Positions 10,333-20,728 of a DNA stretch of 64,000 bases are shown one piece after another. Where the stretch lies: contig JAPYUM010000002.1 in assembly GCA_029940535.1 (NCBI GenBank), positions 19,264 through 83,263 of the forward strand, read 5' to 3'. Positions within the stretch are counted from its first letter, which is position 1. Every line of letters begins with the position of its first letter. Made by a program: the position numbers and the translations under genes. Under the pieces are notes generated by a model. It was given only the letters and a program-made list of their open reading frames with translations. It was not told the origin of the DNA and did no database searches. The DNA comes from Vicinamibacterales bacterium (GTDB lineage: Bacteria; Acidobacteriota; Vicinamibacteria; Vicinamibacterales; UBA8438).

Positions 10333-10572
10333 TCACCCGACTCGGGTCTTGTCGCCAAAGCGTTGGTCGCGCACCCAGGCCGCGGGGTCGGCGTCCCAGG
10401 CGTGTCCGGTGTCCGCAATGGCGCCGGCCGCCCCCTCGATGAGACGCCAACGCTTCCGCTGCTCGACCGCCGCCCGCACTGCCTCACGCACGAAGGCGCT
10501 GCGCTGTCGGGGTCCCGCGATCTCGTCAACTTGAGCCACCAATGCGTCATCGAGATCTATGTGCATTCTCAT
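10333..10572 (-). CDS. vapB: type II antitoxin VapB-like
   Basis: MRMHIDLDDALVAQVDEIAG...SAFVREAVRAAV (RHH-like), immediately upstream of vapC. The start could also be 10590. Confidence 0.8.
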   Translation of the reverse strand: MRMHIDLDDALVAQVDEIAGPRQRSAFVREAVRAAVEQRKRWRLIEGAAGAIADTGHAWDADPAAWVRDQRFGDKTRVG

Positions 10573-10617
10573 GTGCTTAGTGTCGCACATAGACGCTCGG
10601 CTGACCTGACCTCTCGC

Positions 10618-12429
10618 CTATATTCGCTCGAAGCGTCGTTCGATTTCCTTGCGCGACAGCCGGAGCACGACCGGTCGTCCGTGCGGGCAGACCGACGAGT
10701 GCGCGGTGCGGCGGAGCTCGTCGAGCAGGTAGGTCATCTTCTCGGGGGTCAGGCGATCGTTCGCCTTGACGGCGGCGTGGCACGCCGTGGTGGCGGCCAT
10801 CTGTCTGAGTGCCTCGTCGATCGCGGCTCCCTGGTCGAGTCCGTCCAGGTCTTGCGCGAGTGCCCTGAGCGCGGTTTCGCAGACCGCCAGATCCACGATG
10901 GCCGGCAGCGCCGCGACTCGCAGACTGTCGCCCCCGAACGCCTCGACGTCGAAACCGAGACGGGCGAGGGCCTCGCCGTGCGCGGCCAGCGCCTGTCGTT
11001 CGGCCGCCGGCAGCTCGATCACCATCGGCATCAAGAGCTGCTGGCTCTCGAGGGGCCCCGTGGTGAGCCGTGCCATGACCTGCTCGAACAGAATCCGCTC
11101 GTGGGCCACATGCTGGTCGATGATCGCGATCCCCTCGTCGTCGATGGCGATGATGAAGGTGTCGCGAAACTGACCCAGCGGGCGCAACGGGCGATCGACC
11201 ACCGGGGCCGGCGCGACCGCGGCCGGACGCATCTCCCGCACCAGATCGCGAAACGGCTCACTGCCACCATCCGGCGAGAACCCCACCGTCGCCCCGCTTT
11301 CAGGATTTGACGCCGGGCGCCACTCCGCTTGGTCGACGGCCGAAGCCACGGAGGTCACCCCCGCGTCCGAGACCATCCCCCCGGCAGGCCCCACCGGCGG
11401 CGCGCCGGGGTCCAGGCCGATCTCCGGCGCCGGCCCCTGCTCGAGAGCCTCCCCGATGGCGCGTCGCAGCACCTCGTGCACCAGCGACTGCTCCAAAAAG
11501 CGGACCTCCGCCTTGGTCGGATGCACGTTGACATCAACGCGGTCGGGCGTCATCTCCAGGAAGAGATGCACCTCGGGGCTTCGTTCCTTGATGGTCGCGG
11601 CACTGTAGGCATGAACAATCGCGTGTGCGATGGTGCGATCCTTGACCCCGCGTCCATTGACGAAGATGTTCTGCGGCCCCCGACGCGGCCCCTCGCCGGG
11701 ACCGGCCAACGCCGCCACAAATCCGGTCACGGTGATCCCGGCGGCCTGCTTCCGAACCTCGACCAAGTCGTCGCGATCCTTGTAGAGCTGAAACAGTCGC
11801 TCCTCGAGACTGGACGCCGGCGGACACTGCAGTAACTGTCGCCGGCCACTGGTCAGGCTGAAACCGACCGCGGGATGTCCGAGTGCCAACTGGGTGACCA
11901 ACCGCGAGACCTGGGTGGTCTCGGCGCCATCGGACTTGAGAAACTTCCGGCGCGCCGGCACGTTGTAGAAGAGGTCCGTCACTTCGAAGGTCGTACCCTC
12001 GGACGCGCCCACCTCTCGGGTCGACACGGTGACGCCGCCGGAGACTCGGATCTCGCTACCCCGCGACTCGCCCCGCGCCCGGGTCCGCAACAACAGGTGA
12101 GACACCGACGCGATGCTCGGCAACGCCTCCCCGCGGAACCCCAGTGTCCTGATCGCAGCCAGGTCGTCGAGCCGGCTGATCTTGCTGGTTGCGTGCCGCT
12201 CGAGGGCCAGCTCCGCCTCCTCCGGAGTCATCCCCTCGCCATCGTCATCGACCCGTATGAGACGTTTCCCACCCAGTTCGACGCTGACGCGAATACGGGC
12301 CGCGCCGGCATCGAGCGCATTCTCGACCAGCTCCTTGACGACCGATGCCGGTCGCTCGACCACCTCACCCGCGGCGATCTGGTTCGCGAGTTCGGTCGAG
12401 AGCCGCGTAATCCGGGATGCTCGTGTCAC
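10618..12429 (-). CDS. mutL: DNA mismatch repair protein MutL
   Basis: GHKL ATPase N-terminus (LANQIAAGEVVERPASVVKELVENALDAG) and C-terminal dimerisation/endonuclease region. Confidence 0.97.
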   Translation of the reverse strand: MTRASRITRLSTELANQIAAGEVVERPASVVKELVENALDAGAARIRVSVELGGKRLIRVDDDGEGMTPEEAELALERHATSKISRLDDLAAIRTLGFRGEALPSIASVSHLLLRTRARGESRGSEIRVSGGVTVSTREVGASEGTTFEVTDLFYNVPARRKFLKSDGAETTQVSRLVTQLALGHPAVGFSLTSGRRQLLQCPPASSLEERLFQLYKDRDDLVEVRKQAAGITVTGFVAALAGPGEGPRRGPQNIFVNGRGVKDRTIAHAIVHAYSAATIKERSPEVHLFLEMTPDRVDVNVHPTKAEVRFLEQSLVHEVLRRAIGEALEQGPAPEIGLDPGAPPVGPAGGMVSDAGVTSVASAVDQAEWRPASNPESGATVGFSPDGGSEPFRDLVREMRPAAVAPAPVVDRPLRPLGQFRDTFIIAIDDEGIAIIDQHVAHERILFEQVMARLTTGPLESQQLLMPMVIELPAAERQALAAHGEALARLGFDVEAFGGDSLRVAALPAIVDLAVCETALRALAQDLDGLDQGAAIDEALRQMAATTACHAAVKANDRLTPEKMTYLLDELRRTAHSSVCPHGRPVVLRLSRKEIERRFERI

Positions 12430-12458
12430 AGCGATGCTTGCAGCCGGCGTGCGAGTAG

Positions 12459-15239
12459 CTAGTCGGTCGTCTCGAGCGCGAGCGCGGACTGCGCCGCGGC
12501 CAGGCGGGCCACCGGCACGCGATAGGGTGAGGCGCTGACGTAGTCCAGCCCCACGCTATCGAAGAATCGAATCGACGCGGGATCACCCCCGTGCTCGCCG
12601 CACACCCCCACCTTCAGGCCCGGCTTCGCTTCGCGTCCCAGGCGCACGCCCATCTCCACGAAGGCCCCGACGCCGGTCACGTCGAGACTGGCAAACGGAT
12701 CTCGTTCGATGATCTTGCGCGCCTGGTATTGCTTCAGGAACTTTGCCGCGTCGTCGCGGGAAAAGCCGAAGACCATCTGGGTCAGGTCGTTCGTGCCGAA
12801 CGAAAAGAAGTCGGCCTCGGCGGCGATGGCCCCGGCCGTGACGGCGGCGCGCGGCACCTCGATCATCGTGCCCACGAGATACTTCACCGTGACGCCCTGT
12901 TCGGTCATGACCGTGTTCGCGACCCGGTCGACGACCGCGCGCTGGTCACGGAGCTCCCGCACGTCGCTGACCAGCGGAATCATGATCTCCGGAACCACCT
13001 TGATGCCTTCCTGGGCCAATTGGGCCGCAGCCTCGATGATGGCGCGCGTCTGCATCTCCGTAATCTCGGGGTAGCTGATCCCGAGACGAACGCCTCGGTG
13101 CCCCAGCATCGGATTGAACTCGTGCAACTGCTCCACCCGGCGCAGCAGCCGACGCTTGTCGGCCAGCTTGCGCGAACGCGGCTTGGACAGCTCGAGACGC
13201 GCAATGTCAACCAACAGGTCTTCACGTTTTGGCAGAAACTCGTGCAAGGGCGGATCGATGGTGCGAATCGTGACCGGTTCGCCGCGCATCGCTTTGAACA
13301 CCCCGTAAAAGTCGGCCCGCTGCAACGGCAATAGCTCTCGCAGCGCGGCCCGGCGGTCAGCCTCCGCCTCGGCCAGAATCATCCGCTGGACAATCTCGAG
13401 TCGGCCCTCACCAAAGAACATGTGCTCGGTGCGACACAGCCCGATCCCCCGGGCCCCGAACGCGCGCGCGATCTCCGCCTGGTCGGGCTGATCGGCGTTC
13501 GCCCGGACACCAAGCCGACGGACCCGGTCGGACCACTTCATCACCCGCATGAACCGCTGATAAATGTCGGATTTGGACGCGGGCAGGTCTCCGGCCACCA
13601 CCTGGAGAATCTCGCTCGGCTGGCTGGTCACCGAGCCGACCTTGACCTCACCGGTCAACCCGTCGAAGGACACGTCATCGCCCTCGCCGAGCACGAGGTC
13701 TCCCATCTGCAGCCGTTTGCGCTGTTCGTCCACCTGGATAGCGGCGCCGACCACGGATGGCTTGCCCATCTGTCGCCCGACGACGGCCGCGTGGGAGGTC
13801 ATCCCTCCGGTCGCCGTGAGCACTCCCTCGGCGACATACATCCCATGGATGTCATCCGGGACCGTCTCTTTGCGCACCAGCACCACGCGTTTGCCCGCGA
13901 CCGTCCACCGGAGCGCGTCGTCGGCGGTGAACACCACCTGGCCCGAGGCGGCGCCCGGCGATGCCGGCAGTCCCTTCGTCGAGACCGGAATTCTGGCCCA
14001 GGCGGCCGGCTCGAAGACCGGTGCCAACAACTGCACCAGCGCCCCGGGATCGACTAGCAACAAGGCCCGTTTGGCGCTGACGAGACGCTCGTCGACGAGA
14101 TCCGTGGCGATCCGGATCGCCGCGTGACCCGTCCGTTTGCCGCTCCGCGTCTGCAACATGAACAGTCGATCGTCTTGAATCGTGAACTCGAAGTCCTGGA
14201 TGTCTTTGTAGTGGCGCTCCAGCCGGCTCGTGATTTTGCGCAGCTGTTTGTAGGCCACCGGCATGATCCGTTCGAGCTCCGCGATCGGCTGTGGCGTCCG
14301 GATACCGGCCACGACATCTTCACCCTGCGCGTTGACGAGGAACTCACCATAGAACTCTTTGTCGCCGGTGGCCGGATTCCGGGTGAATCCGACGCCCGTC
14401 GCGGACCGGTCGCCGGTGTTACCAAACACCATCAACTGCACGCTTACCGCCGTGCCGATCTCATCCGGAATGTCGTAGATGCGACGATATTCCTTCGCGC
14501 GCGGGTTGTTCCAGGACCGAAAGACTGCATCACGCGCGAGTCGCAGCTGATCCAGCGGCGTCTCGGGAAAATCACGACCGGTCTTGGCGCTGATCAGTCC
14601 CTTGTACTTCGCCACCACCTCTCGCAGCGCTCCCTCGCCCAGCTCGGTATCGAGGATGACGCCGTGCTCCTGCTTGACATCGATCAGCTCATCCTCGAAG
14701 TCGTCCTTCGAAATGTCGAGCACTACGTTGCCGAACATCTGGATAAACCGCCGGTAACTGTCGAACGCGAACCGACCGTTGGCGGTCTGGCGACCGAGCG
14801 CCTCCGCAGTTGCGTCGTTCAGACCGAGGTTGAGGATTGTGTCCATCATCCCCGGCATGGAGAATTTGGCGCCCGATCGGACCGACAACAACAAGGGGTC
14901 GGTCAGCGACCCGAACGAGGCGCCCGCCGTCCGCTCCAACTCCCCGAGTCGTTCGAGCATTTCCACATCCACCGCCGCCGGCACCGTCCGTCGGTTCGCG
15001 TAATACAGGTTGCACGCGTCGGTCGTAATGGTGAACCCAGGCGGCACCGGAAGCCCGGCGCTGGTCATCTCCGCCAGTCCGGCCCCCTTGCCCCCCAGTA
15101 GATCGCGCATCGAGCGGTCCCCATCCGCCTTGCCGCCACCAAAGGCATACACATACTCCGGGACCGAGCGCCGTGCGGACGGCGTGGTCGTCTTCACCGT
15201 CTTCTTCGCCGTCCTGGCCGTCTTCCGCTTCTTCACCAT
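12459..15239 (-). CDS. ppdK: pyruvate, phosphate dikinase
   Basis: 926 aa with the phosphohistidine swivel motif GGMTSHAAVVGRQMG and a PEP-utilising C-terminal TIM domain. Confidence 0.97.
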   Translation of the reverse strand: MVKKRKTARTAKKTVKTTTPSARRSVPEYVYAFGGGKADGDRSMRDLLGGKGAGLAEMTSAGLPVPPGFTITTDACNLYYANRRTVPAAVDVEMLERLGELERTAGASFGSLTDPLLLSVRSGAKFSMPGMMDTILNLGLNDATAEALGRQTANGRFAFDSYRRFIQMFGNVVLDISKDDFEDELIDVKQEHGVILDTELGEGALREVVAKYKGLISAKTGRDFPETPLDQLRLARDAVFRSWNNPRAKEYRRIYDIPDEIGTAVSVQLMVFGNTGDRSATGVGFTRNPATGDKEFYGEFLVNAQGEDVVAGIRTPQPIAELERIMPVAYKQLRKITSRLERHYKDIQDFEFTIQDDRLFMLQTRSGKRTGHAAIRIATDLVDERLVSAKRALLLVDPGALVQLLAPVFEPAAWARIPVSTKGLPASPGAASGQVVFTADDALRWTVAGKRVVLVRKETVPDDIHGMYVAEGVLTATGGMTSHAAVVGRQMGKPSVVGAAIQVDEQRKRLQMGDLVLGEGDDVSFDGLTGEVKVGSVTSQPSEILQVVAGDLPASKSDIYQRFMRVMKWSDRVRRLGVRANADQPDQAEIARAFGARGIGLCRTEHMFFGEGRLEIVQRMILAEAEADRRAALRELLPLQRADFYGVFKAMRGEPVTIRTIDPPLHEFLPKREDLLVDIARLELSKPRSRKLADKRRLLRRVEQLHEFNPMLGHRGVRLGISYPEITEMQTRAIIEAAAQLAQEGIKVVPEIMIPLVSDVRELRDQRAVVDRVANTVMTEQGVTVKYLVGTMIEVPRAAVTAGAIAAEADFFSFGTNDLTQMVFGFSRDDAAKFLKQYQARKIIERDPFASLDVTGVGAFVEMGVRLGREAKPGLKVGVCGEHGGDPASIRFFDSVGLDYVSASPYRVPVARLAAAQSALALETTD

Positions 15240-15248
15240 CCGCAGTAC

Positions 15249-17492
15249 TCAGTCCTGTTCTCTGACCAGCTCCGAGACATCGGCCAGACGAGAAATCAGA
15301 CGCTCAAGTCGCTTCAGCAGCGAGAGACGACGAAGCCGGACCTCGTCGTCTTCGGCCATCACCAGCACGTCCGTAAAAAATTGATCCACCGAGGGACCGA
15401 ACCGAGCCGCCTCCGCGAACGCTGCCCGGTAGTTGTCGCCACTGGCGACCGCTTGCTCGATGTTCGCCCGGCGCTTGGCCAGTTCCGCGCTGAGTCGCTC
15501 TTCTGCCGGCTGCACGTCGCGACCCACCAGGCTGATCTGTCCTGCCTCGACCGCCTCGAACTGACGGTCCGGAAGCTTCGTCGCAATGTTCTTCACCCGC
15601 TTGAACAGCGTCGCCAGCTGCAGAAAATCGGCCGACCCGGTGAACTCCGGCAGCACGTCCAGCTTGCGCCGAGCGTCCAGGGGGGTGATGTCGTCCCACG
15701 ACCCGGTGGGCTGGGTCACGGCCCGCACGTTGCGCACATCGTGACCTCGCTGTTCGAGGACATACCGTAGCCGCTCGAGCAAGAACGTGAACAGACGCTC
15801 ACGGACCTCCGCATCCGGCTCGATTCCGTGGACCTCCTCCGCCGCAAGCACCAGGCTCTTGACGTCAGGTCTGGACGACCGTCCCGCGAGTTCCGGAAGG
15901 TCCACCAGAATACGAAACAGTCCGTGGGCTTGCCGACGGAGACCGAAGGGGTCACGCGCCCCCCGGGGCTTCTCGCCCGCATGAAACAGACCGACCAGCG
16001 TATCGAGCTTGTCCGCCAGCGACACCGCGGCCCAGCTGACGCCCGCCGTCCCCAGGTCGCTGGGGCGGGGAGGCGCGTCGGCCGTGACTCCGATCGGCAG
16101 ATAGTGGTGATACACCGCGCGCCACACCGCTTCCGGCTCGCCGTCCTCGCGCGCGTAGATGCCGCCCATCACTCCTTGCAGCTCGGGAAACTCACCGACC
16201 ATGTCGGTCGTCAGGTCGGCCTTCGCCAACAGCCCGGCACGCGCGGCGTGGTCCGCGTGGTCGTCGGCGCCGAGCGCCTCACCGGCCACCCGCCTGGCGA
16301 GTTGCTCGATACGTGCCGCCTTGGCTCGATAGCTGCCAAGCTTCGCGTGAAACCGGAGCGTGTCGAGCCGGTCCAGACGGGACGCCAGCGTGGCGCTGCG
16401 GTCCGCCTCCCAGAAGAACCGCGCGTCCCGTAGACGGGCGACCAGCACCCGCTCCGAATTGTGGGCAATCGCCGCCACATGGTCCCGTGGGGTGTTGGTC
16501 ACCGCCAGAAAGTGCTCGGTCAGAGTCCCCTGCGATGTCACCACCGGAAAATAATGCTGGTGGTGAATCATGGTCGTCTTCAGCACCTCGTCCGGCAGCG
16601 CGAGAAACTCCGTGGGAAAGCTACCGGTGACGACGGCTGGATACTCGACCAGGTCCGGCACTTCGTCGAGCAACGACGACTCCCCACCTGCGACCCCCAC
16701 CACCCCCCCGGCTCGTGCCGCCTGCGTCCGGAGCTTACGCTCGATACGGGCGCGCCGCTCCTCCCGTCCGAGCAGCACGTAGTTCCGTTTCAGGCCGTCG
16801 CGATACTCGGCGAACGAGCGCACTCGGAACCCGCGGCCCGGCTTCCCGTCACGGGCAAAAAAGCGGTGTCCATAGGTGGTCGACCCGGCCCGAACCGGGG
16901 CGACGCCCCGAGCCACCGCATCGGCGGCCCGATCGATGACAAACGGCACCACCCGGCCGCCATACAGAAACACCAGCCAACGGATCGGTCGCCCGAACGG
17001 CAGGTCGCCACGGCCATCGTCGAGCCGGGCGTCCCAGTCCATCTGTTTCGGGAACGAAAGACCGCGCAAGGTCGCGCCGAGAACCCCGGCCAGTACTGAT
17101 CGAGCCGACGCGCCTCGCTGACGCCGCTCGAAGGCCAGATAGCGCCCCTTCGGGGTGTCGATCTGGCTGAGCGCGGCGGACTCGACGCCGTGCTTGCGGG
17201 CAAAGCCGAGCGCGGCCGGGGTCGGCTGGCCGGTGGCGTCGAACGCGGCGCGAACGGGCGGCCCGGTGACCGTCTCTTCGAGATCCGGTTGCCGATCGGG
17301 CACCTTGGCCACCCGCACGGCGAGACGTCGCGGTGTCCCGTACGATTCCGGAGAAGTCGGACAGTCGAGACGTGCGTCAACCAGCGCTTGCCCGACTCGC
17401 TCCCCGAACTGACGGGTCAGCGGCGGCAACCAGCTGGCCGGCAGTTCCTCACAGCCAATTTCGATCAGTAGCTCTCGATACATGATTAGCAC
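15249..17492 (-). CDS. glyS: glycine--tRNA ligase beta subunit
   Basis: 747 aa with an N-terminus LLIEIGCEELPA typical of GlyS; directly downstream of glyQ. Confidence 0.95.
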   Translation of the reverse strand: MLIMYRELLIEIGCEELPASWLPPLTRQFGERVGQALVDARLDCPTSPESYGTPRRLAVRVAKVPDRQPDLEETVTGPPVRAAFDATGQPTPAALGFARKHGVESAALSQIDTPKGRYLAFERRQRGASARSVLAGVLGATLRGLSFPKQMDWDARLDDGRGDLPFGRPIRWLVFLYGGRVVPFVIDRAADAVARGVAPVRAGSTTYGHRFFARDGKPGRGFRVRSFAEYRDGLKRNYVLLGREERRARIERKLRTQAARAGGVVGVAGGESSLLDEVPDLVEYPAVVTGSFPTEFLALPDEVLKTTMIHHQHYFPVVTSQGTLTEHFLAVTNTPRDHVAAIAHNSERVLVARLRDARFFWEADRSATLASRLDRLDTLRFHAKLGSYRAKAARIEQLARRVAGEALGADDHADHAARAGLLAKADLTTDMVGEFPELQGVMGGIYAREDGEPEAVWRAVYHHYLPIGVTADAPPRPSDLGTAGVSWAAVSLADKLDTLVGLFHAGEKPRGARDPFGLRRQAHGLFRILVDLPELAGRSSRPDVKSLVLAAEEVHGIEPDAEVRERLFTFLLERLRYVLEQRGHDVRNVRAVTQPTGSWDDITPLDARRKLDVLPEFTGSADFLQLATLFKRVKNIATKLPDRQFEAVEAGQISLVGRDVQPAEERLSAELAKRRANIEQAVASGDNYRAAFAEAARFGPSVDQFFTDVLVMAEDDEVRLRRLSLLKRLERLISRLADVSELVREQD

Positions 17493-17510
17493 TCGGGTCC
17501 GGAGACGCCG

Positions 17511-18377
17511 TCACGCTTCGACCGGTTCGCCGACGTGGGCCTGCGCAATCGCCACCGCCAGCTCGCGCACGCGCAAGATGTAGGCTGCCCGCTCCGTGAC
17601 GCCGATGCCGCCGCTGGCATCGAGGATATTGAAGTTGTGCGAACACTTGAGACAGGCGTCGAGCGCCGGCAACACCAACCCGGAACGCAGCAGGATGTTG
17701 GCCATCCGGTGATGCTGGTCGAACAGGTCGCGGTGGAACGCCGCGAACTCCGCCTCCGGCATGTCGACCATCCCGAAGGCATACTTGGTCTGCTCCACTT
17801 CCTCCTGGTGCCGCACGTCGCGATACGCGACCCCCGGTGCCCACTCGAGATCGTAGACGTCGTCGACACCCTGCAGGTGCATGGCGATCCGCTCGAGCCC
17901 GTAGGTGAGCTCGACCGGAATCGGAGAGAGGTCAAGACCACCCGCCTGCTGGAAGTAGGTGAACTGGGTAATCTCCATCCCATCGAGCAGCACCTGCCAG
18001 CCGATGCCCCAGGCTCCGAGCGTGGGCGACTCCCAGTTGTCCTCCTCGAAGCGCACATCATGCTGCGCCGGATCGATGCCACAGGCCCGGAGACTTTCCA
18101 GATACAGCCCCTGAGCCGCGTCCGGTGACGGCTTGAGGATGACCTGGAACTGATGATGCTTGAACAACCGGTTCGGATTCTCTCCGAAGCGGCCGTCGGC
18201 CGGTCGCCGAGACGGCTGGACATATGCCACCCGCCAATGCTTCGGACCCAACACGCGGAGAAAGGTCTCCGGGTGCATGGTGCCAGCCCCGACCTCGGTG
18301 TCGAGCGGCTGCTGAATCAGGCAGCCGCGGGATCCCCAAAAATGAGAGAGCGAAGCGATCAAATCCTGCAGCGTCAC
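17511..18377 (-). CDS. glyQ: glycine--tRNA ligase alpha subunit
   Basis: 288 aa; [34 protein letters not shown] is the canonical GlyQ start. Confidence 0.97.
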   Translation of the reverse strand: MTLQDLIASLSHFWGSRGCLIQQPLDTEVGAGTMHPETFLRVLGPKHWRVAYVQPSRRPADGRFGENPNRLFKHHQFQVILKPSPDAAQGLYLESLRACGIDPAQHDVRFEEDNWESPTLGAWGIGWQVLLDGMEITQFTYFQQAGGLDLSPIPVELTYGLERIAMHLQGVDDVYDLEWAPGVAYRDVRHQEEVEQTKYAFGMVDMPEAEFAAFHRDLFDQHHRMANILLRSGLVLPALDACLKCSHNFNILDASGGIGVTERAAYILRVRELAVAIAQAHVGEPVEA

Positions 18378-18390
18378 CTGACGTTCCCTT

Positions 18391-19143
18391 TCAGGTCCTC
18401 ATACCGCGCGTCATCGCGCGTAGGACCCGCAACGACCGAAGGTCCTTTTCGAGATGGCTCCCAATGAGCTGTCGATGCGCCCGCTCCAATTCACGCGCCG
18501 CGTGAACCGGCAGCGTGAGACCGGACGCGTGCGCAGGCGCCGTACCGGCAGCGGCGCGCAAGAAGCTCACCGAGGCGCTAGATAACGCGAGCCCGCCGTC
18601 CGTCGCGCACCCGGGGCAGGACAGACCGCCGCCGGACGGGTCGAGCCGACCGCCTCCACTCACATCGCCCCCACACCGGTGGCAGGCCAGGATCGACGGA
18701 TAGACCCCTTGTAAGCGCAGCACCCAGTATTCGACATAGCGGGCCAGCTGCTCGACGCGCACCTCCCCGCCCAGCGAGTCGACGACAGCCGCCCCGAGCC
18801 GGAACAACGTGGCATTCGGGTCCGCCTCGGGTGCGCATTCATCGAACAGCTCCGCGAAGTACCCGACATGACCTAGCACATCCACGTCAGCCGACAGCAG
18901 CGGCGACCGCACCGGGTCGACATAACTCAACCGTACGAGGTCGCGCTGCTCCCGCTCAAAATACGACACGCGCGCCAGCGTCAGCGGCTCGAGCCCGCCC
19001 CCAAACCGCGACTTCGTCCGTCTGGCGCCATTCGCCACACCACGCTTCTTGCCCCGATCACTGGTCAGGAACACGACGATTCGGTCCGCTTCACCGAGCT
19101 GATAGGTGCGCAGAATCAGCGCGTCGGTCGTGTAGAGTGGCAT
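18391..19143 (-). CDS. recO: DNA repair protein RecO
   Basis: 250 aa; the OB-fold N-terminus ([22 protein letters not shown]) and Cys-rich zinc region (CHRCGG...CPGC) fit RecO. Confidence 0.9.
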   Translation of the reverse strand: MPLYTTDALILRTYQLGEADRIVVFLTSDRGKKRGVANGARRTKSRFGGGLEPLTLARVSYFEREQRDLVRLSYVDPVRSPLLSADVDVLGHVGYFAELFDECAPEADPNATLFRLGAAVVDSLGGEVRVEQLARYVEYWVLRLQGVYPSILACHRCGGDVSGGGRLDPSGGGLSCPGCATDGGLALSSASVSFLRAAAGTAPAHASGLTLPVHAARELERAHRQLIGSHLEKDLRSLRVLRAMTRGMRT

Positions 19144-19255
19144 CGCGAGCGCGTGTCGCCCCGCGTGCCATGACCCGGTGGTATGGCGCGGGCCCCGGGC
19201 TATTGTAGCCCGCCGCGGGTGGAACGGCTCAGCTCATCTCCGTGGGGCCTCGTCC

Positions 19256-20629
19256 TCACGTCAACGGCTCCAGATACGGCAGAAAGAACGTCGCCAGTCC
19301 GAGGAAGACGAAGAACCCGAAGACGTCGGTCAGGGTGGTAATGAACACCGCCGAAGCCAACGCCGGGTCTATCTTCAATGCCCGAAGCGCGATCGGAATC
19401 AGGGTCGCGGCAATCGCGGCCACCATCAGGTTGACGACCATTGCCATGGCCAGGATCAGGCCGAGATACATATTGCCTGACAACCCCCACGCCACCGCGG
19501 CCCCGACCATGCCCAACACCAACCCGTTGCCCAACCCGACCGCCGCCTCCTTGAACACCGCCTTCCTGGAATTGCCCCAGGTCAACTCCCCGAGCGCAAT
19601 CCCGCGCACGATGATCGTGAGGGTCTGGGTGGCCGCGTTCCCGCCCATGCTGGCCACGATGGTCATGAACACCGCCAGCGCTACGACCTGGTCGATGGTG
19701 GCCTGAAACGCGCGCACCACAAGGGCCGCCGCCGTCGCGGTCAGCAGGTTGACGAGCAACCATGGGAGGCGTTTCCGCATGGACTCGCGCGCCGGGGAAA
19801 AGACGTGCTCATCGCCGCTCACACCGGCCAGACGGTAGATGTCCTCTGTGGCCTCGTCCTTGATGATGTCGATCACGTCGTCGACGGTGATGATGCCGAC
19901 GAGCCGGTTCTGGTCATCGACGACCGGAATCGCGAGCAGGTTGTAGTTGGCCACGTGCTGGGCCACTTCTTCCTGGTCCGTGTCCACCCGGGCGCTGATC
20001 AGATCGGTGGTCATGATCCGCTGCAGCGGGGTCTCGGTGGCCACCAGCAGCAAGCGGCGTAGAGAGACCACCCCCACCAGATGCCGGCGGTCATCCACGA
20101 CATAGAGATAGAAGACCATCTCCACCTCGCGAGACCCTTGCAGCGCCTGAATCGCTTCACCCGCCGTCAGGTCCTCCGAGAGGGCGAACACGGTCGGATT
20201 CATGATCCGGCCGGCGGTCTCTTCGGCGTAATCCAGCAGGTTCTCGACCTCGCCAGACTCGCGCGGCCGCATCTGCTCCAACACGGCGTCCGACAGTTCC
20301 TCCGGCAGCTCGTCGATCAGCGCCGCCGCGTCATCGGACGGCATTTCCTGCAGCCAGAGCGCAATGCGGTCGGGAGGCTGGTCGGCCAGCAGCACCGCGC
20401 CGGGCTCCGGGCCGTACTCGACCAGCGCCTCCAGTGCGAGGTGGCTGTGGTGATCGAGCAGCAGGTTGAAAGTGCTGCGACGGTCTTTGTCTGGTAACTC
20501 GCCGAAGAGCTCAGCGAGATCGGAAGGATGCTGCTTCTGAAGCAGATTGATCAGGTTCGCGGACGCACCAATCCGCTGCAGTCGCTTGACCGAGTCGAGC
20601 ACCACATCGGTGCGGCGGAGGGGTGGCAT
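19256..20629 (-). CDS. mgtE: magnesium transporter MgtE
   Basis: MgtE N-domain, tandem CBS domains and a C-terminal 5-TM MgtE channel domain (GNAATQTLTIIVRGIALGEL). Confidence 0.95.
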   Translation of the reverse strand: MPPLRRTDVVLDSVKRLQRIGASANLINLLQKQHPSDLAELFGELPDKDRRSTFNLLLDHHSHLALEALVEYGPEPGAVLLADQPPDRIALWLQEMPSDDAAALIDELPEELSDAVLEQMRPRESGEVENLLDYAEETAGRIMNPTVFALSEDLTAGEAIQALQGSREVEMVFYLYVVDDRRHLVGVVSLRRLLLVATETPLQRIMTTDLISARVDTDQEEVAQHVANYNLLAIPVVDDQNRLVGIITVDDVIDIIKDEATEDIYRLAGVSGDEHVFSPARESMRKRLPWLLVNLLTATAAALVVRAFQATIDQVVALAVFMTIVASMGGNAATQTLTIIVRGIALGELTWGNSRKAVFKEAAVGLGNGLVLGMVGAAVAWGLSGNMYLGLILAMAMVVNLMVAAIAATLIPIALRALKIDPALASAVFITTLTDVFGFFVFLGLATFFLPYLEPLT

Positions 20630-20728
20630 GGTCCCGTTCTCCGGGTCGGGTCCGCGTTCACGCGCGGGTCAGGTTCAGCTGAATGTCCCACAGTCAATAC
20701 CAGTAACATCTCAATATAGCACACAGGA

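Noticed and set aside
20630-20728. Possible M-box (Mg2+) riboswitch upstream of mgtE.
   Set aside because: The intergenic space is only ~100 nt, shorter than the M-box aptamer, and I could not recognise its conserved helices.
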